From Peribolospora baueri (Eukaryota): a stretch of DNA of 64,000 nucleotides. Positions 62,601 through 64,000 of this stretch are shown piece after piece; within the stretch, counting starts at the first letter, position 1, and each line of letters begins with the position of its first letter. The stretch covers positions 62,001 through 126,000 of the forward strand of contig JAMDHS010000049.1 in assembly GCA_029717555.1 (NCBI GenBank). The letters run 5' to 3'. Below the pieces are notes generated by a model. That model saw only the letters and a program-made list of their open reading frames with translations. It did not search any database and had not been told where the DNA came from. The translations under genes were made by a program, and so were the position numbers.

Positions 62601-63977
62601 CGTCGTCGAGGCCTCTTGGCAACTCCGACGCGGAGGCGCGGGTCGTGAAAGATGCGATTCGAAAGCCTGTCGACATAGCGATCAGACCTCTGCAGCACCC
62701 GCTCCCTCGCGTGTCCGCACTCCTCCAGGAATCTGCCCACCACGCAGGCTAACCTGGAGGGCACTACGACGCGGTCGAGGCCCGTGTCGAGCGGGGGAGG
62801 CATCAGCTTGTTAGAGGATGAGCTTTGAGTGTAGTCAATGAAGACACCATCGACTTGAATGGCCAAGTAGTCCTCAATGCAGTGAACGAGGGGATCGAGA
62901 AGCAACGCGGCCATGCGCTCGACGTCTTCAGCAGCGGCATTATACCGGGTGAGTTGCACGAGCAGGGCGACCCTCTTGTGGACGACCTTGAAGAGCATCG
63001 TCCCGACACGTTCGTACTCGTCGTCTCCATAGTCCGGCTCTATGCATGCAAGCCTGGTCTCGGCAACGAAGATCTTGATGGCCTCATGAGACGAGCGCAG
63101 CTCCTCCTCTAGCTCCGCCAAATCCGCTTTTCCGTTGCGTTGCATGGTATACAAACTCTTCCTTCCGCCCACTAGCGCGTCTGACAAAGCCAAACTTAGC
63201 GACGGGATGACGTGATATCTGGCGACCGACCCATAGACCGTCCGGCGCGCCTGGACGTCCTTTCTGATTCGCTCGAGGCACCACCGCAGCGTGTTGAGGA
63301 AGAGCTGAGGGTTTCCAGCCGCAACGTTCGCGGCCAAGAGGAGGACGACATGGACGTTGAGCTGCCTCAGCGACGCTGTCTTTGAGCGGGTCGCATCACG
63401 CTTATAGTTGGCGATCGCTGCCACCGTGGAGCTTTGGCTTTGATTTTGGGTTTGGCCTTGGCCGATCCGAGGTGCGCCCTCCCACCAAGCGCGCACAATA
63501 GCCTCATTCACCCGGCCCACGCGCTGGCGAACCTCAGCTTTCGAAAGGCCTCCTTCGCTTTCCCACGCCTTACAGTCGTCATAGGCAAAACAGCCTGCAT
63601 AAGACATGCCACCCGTTTTGGGTAACACCTTCGACGCGAACCCAACCTCGGGCCACGAGACGGGGCAGAGGCCGTGACCTGAGACGATCGAGGGCGACGC
63701 AATGAGCGCGGAGAGAAGAGCGTGGGCCTGGGAGGAGAGGAGCATCGTGAGAAGGAGCGGGTGGAGGCCCCTGGTGCGACCGAGAGATAACGGCAGACCG
63801 GAGAGCATCTCCCTCCCTTGTGCGAGCCGAGCGTCGGAACCTACACCAAGGGCCGAGGAGGCCTCGGAGCGCACCTCGTCCGATGTGCTAAGATCCACTG
63901 ATGAAACGAGCACGCCCGGCTCGCGGTCTTTCCCTTCTCTTCTCCTCGCCTCAGCGCCGTCGGCATCAAGAAGCAAC
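59663..63977 (-). CDS. Large uncharacterised, mostly helical protein (>1300 aa), 5' end outside the window. Introns 60155-60250 and probably 63728-63874
   Basis: 3.7-kb stop-free frame; GT-AG intron joins LLRIK|VFLLPWP to the last exon; a further acceptor near 63978; no firmly recognised domain. Confidence 0.85.
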
Positions 63978-64000
63978 CTGATAAGCTCCCACCTCCACTC

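Noticed and set aside
1..64000. CRISPR array, intact transposon or biosynthetic gene cluster
   Set aside because: No repeat-spacer array, transposase/RT motifs, LTRs/TIRs or PKS/NRPS genes seen; neighbouring genes are functionally unrelated housekeeping genes.

Overview
Intron-rich, GC-rich fungal nuclear DNA. Splice signals (GTGAGY/GTRCGT donors, CTRAC branch points, YAG acceptors) and protein features suggest a basidiomycete, probably Ustilaginomycotina; this is inference. The window holds about 19 protein genes and one tRNA: the 3' part of URA2 (CPSase, inactive DHOase-like domain, ATCase), a PUB-domain protein, KGD1, an intron-containing tRNA-Ser(AGA), kinesin-1, an unknown gene, a DPP1-like PAP2 phosphatase, CBC2, ALG2, a CoA-binding protein, FYV7, SUI1 (eIF1), LEO1, MAK21, ATG7, a pirin, RPS21, a group III hybrid histidine kinase, NOT4 and a large unknown protein running off the right end. 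I saw no intact mobile element or CRISPR array and cannot claim a new multi-gene system; this is mostly housekeeping DNA. The most unusual signals are gene-internal. (1) The histidine kinase has a tandem duplication of one HAMP repeat together with its intron; the intron copies are more alike than the synonymous sites, and they flank a skippable 276-nt exon. (2) The PUB-domain gene appears to use consecutive GC-AG introns to reach an exon encoding a PPxY motif and an SHP box. (3) The pirin has two in-frame starts, one weak and one strong. (4) A telobox hairpin sits in the RPS21 promoter. Gene models were built by eye, so exon boundaries may be off by a few bases.
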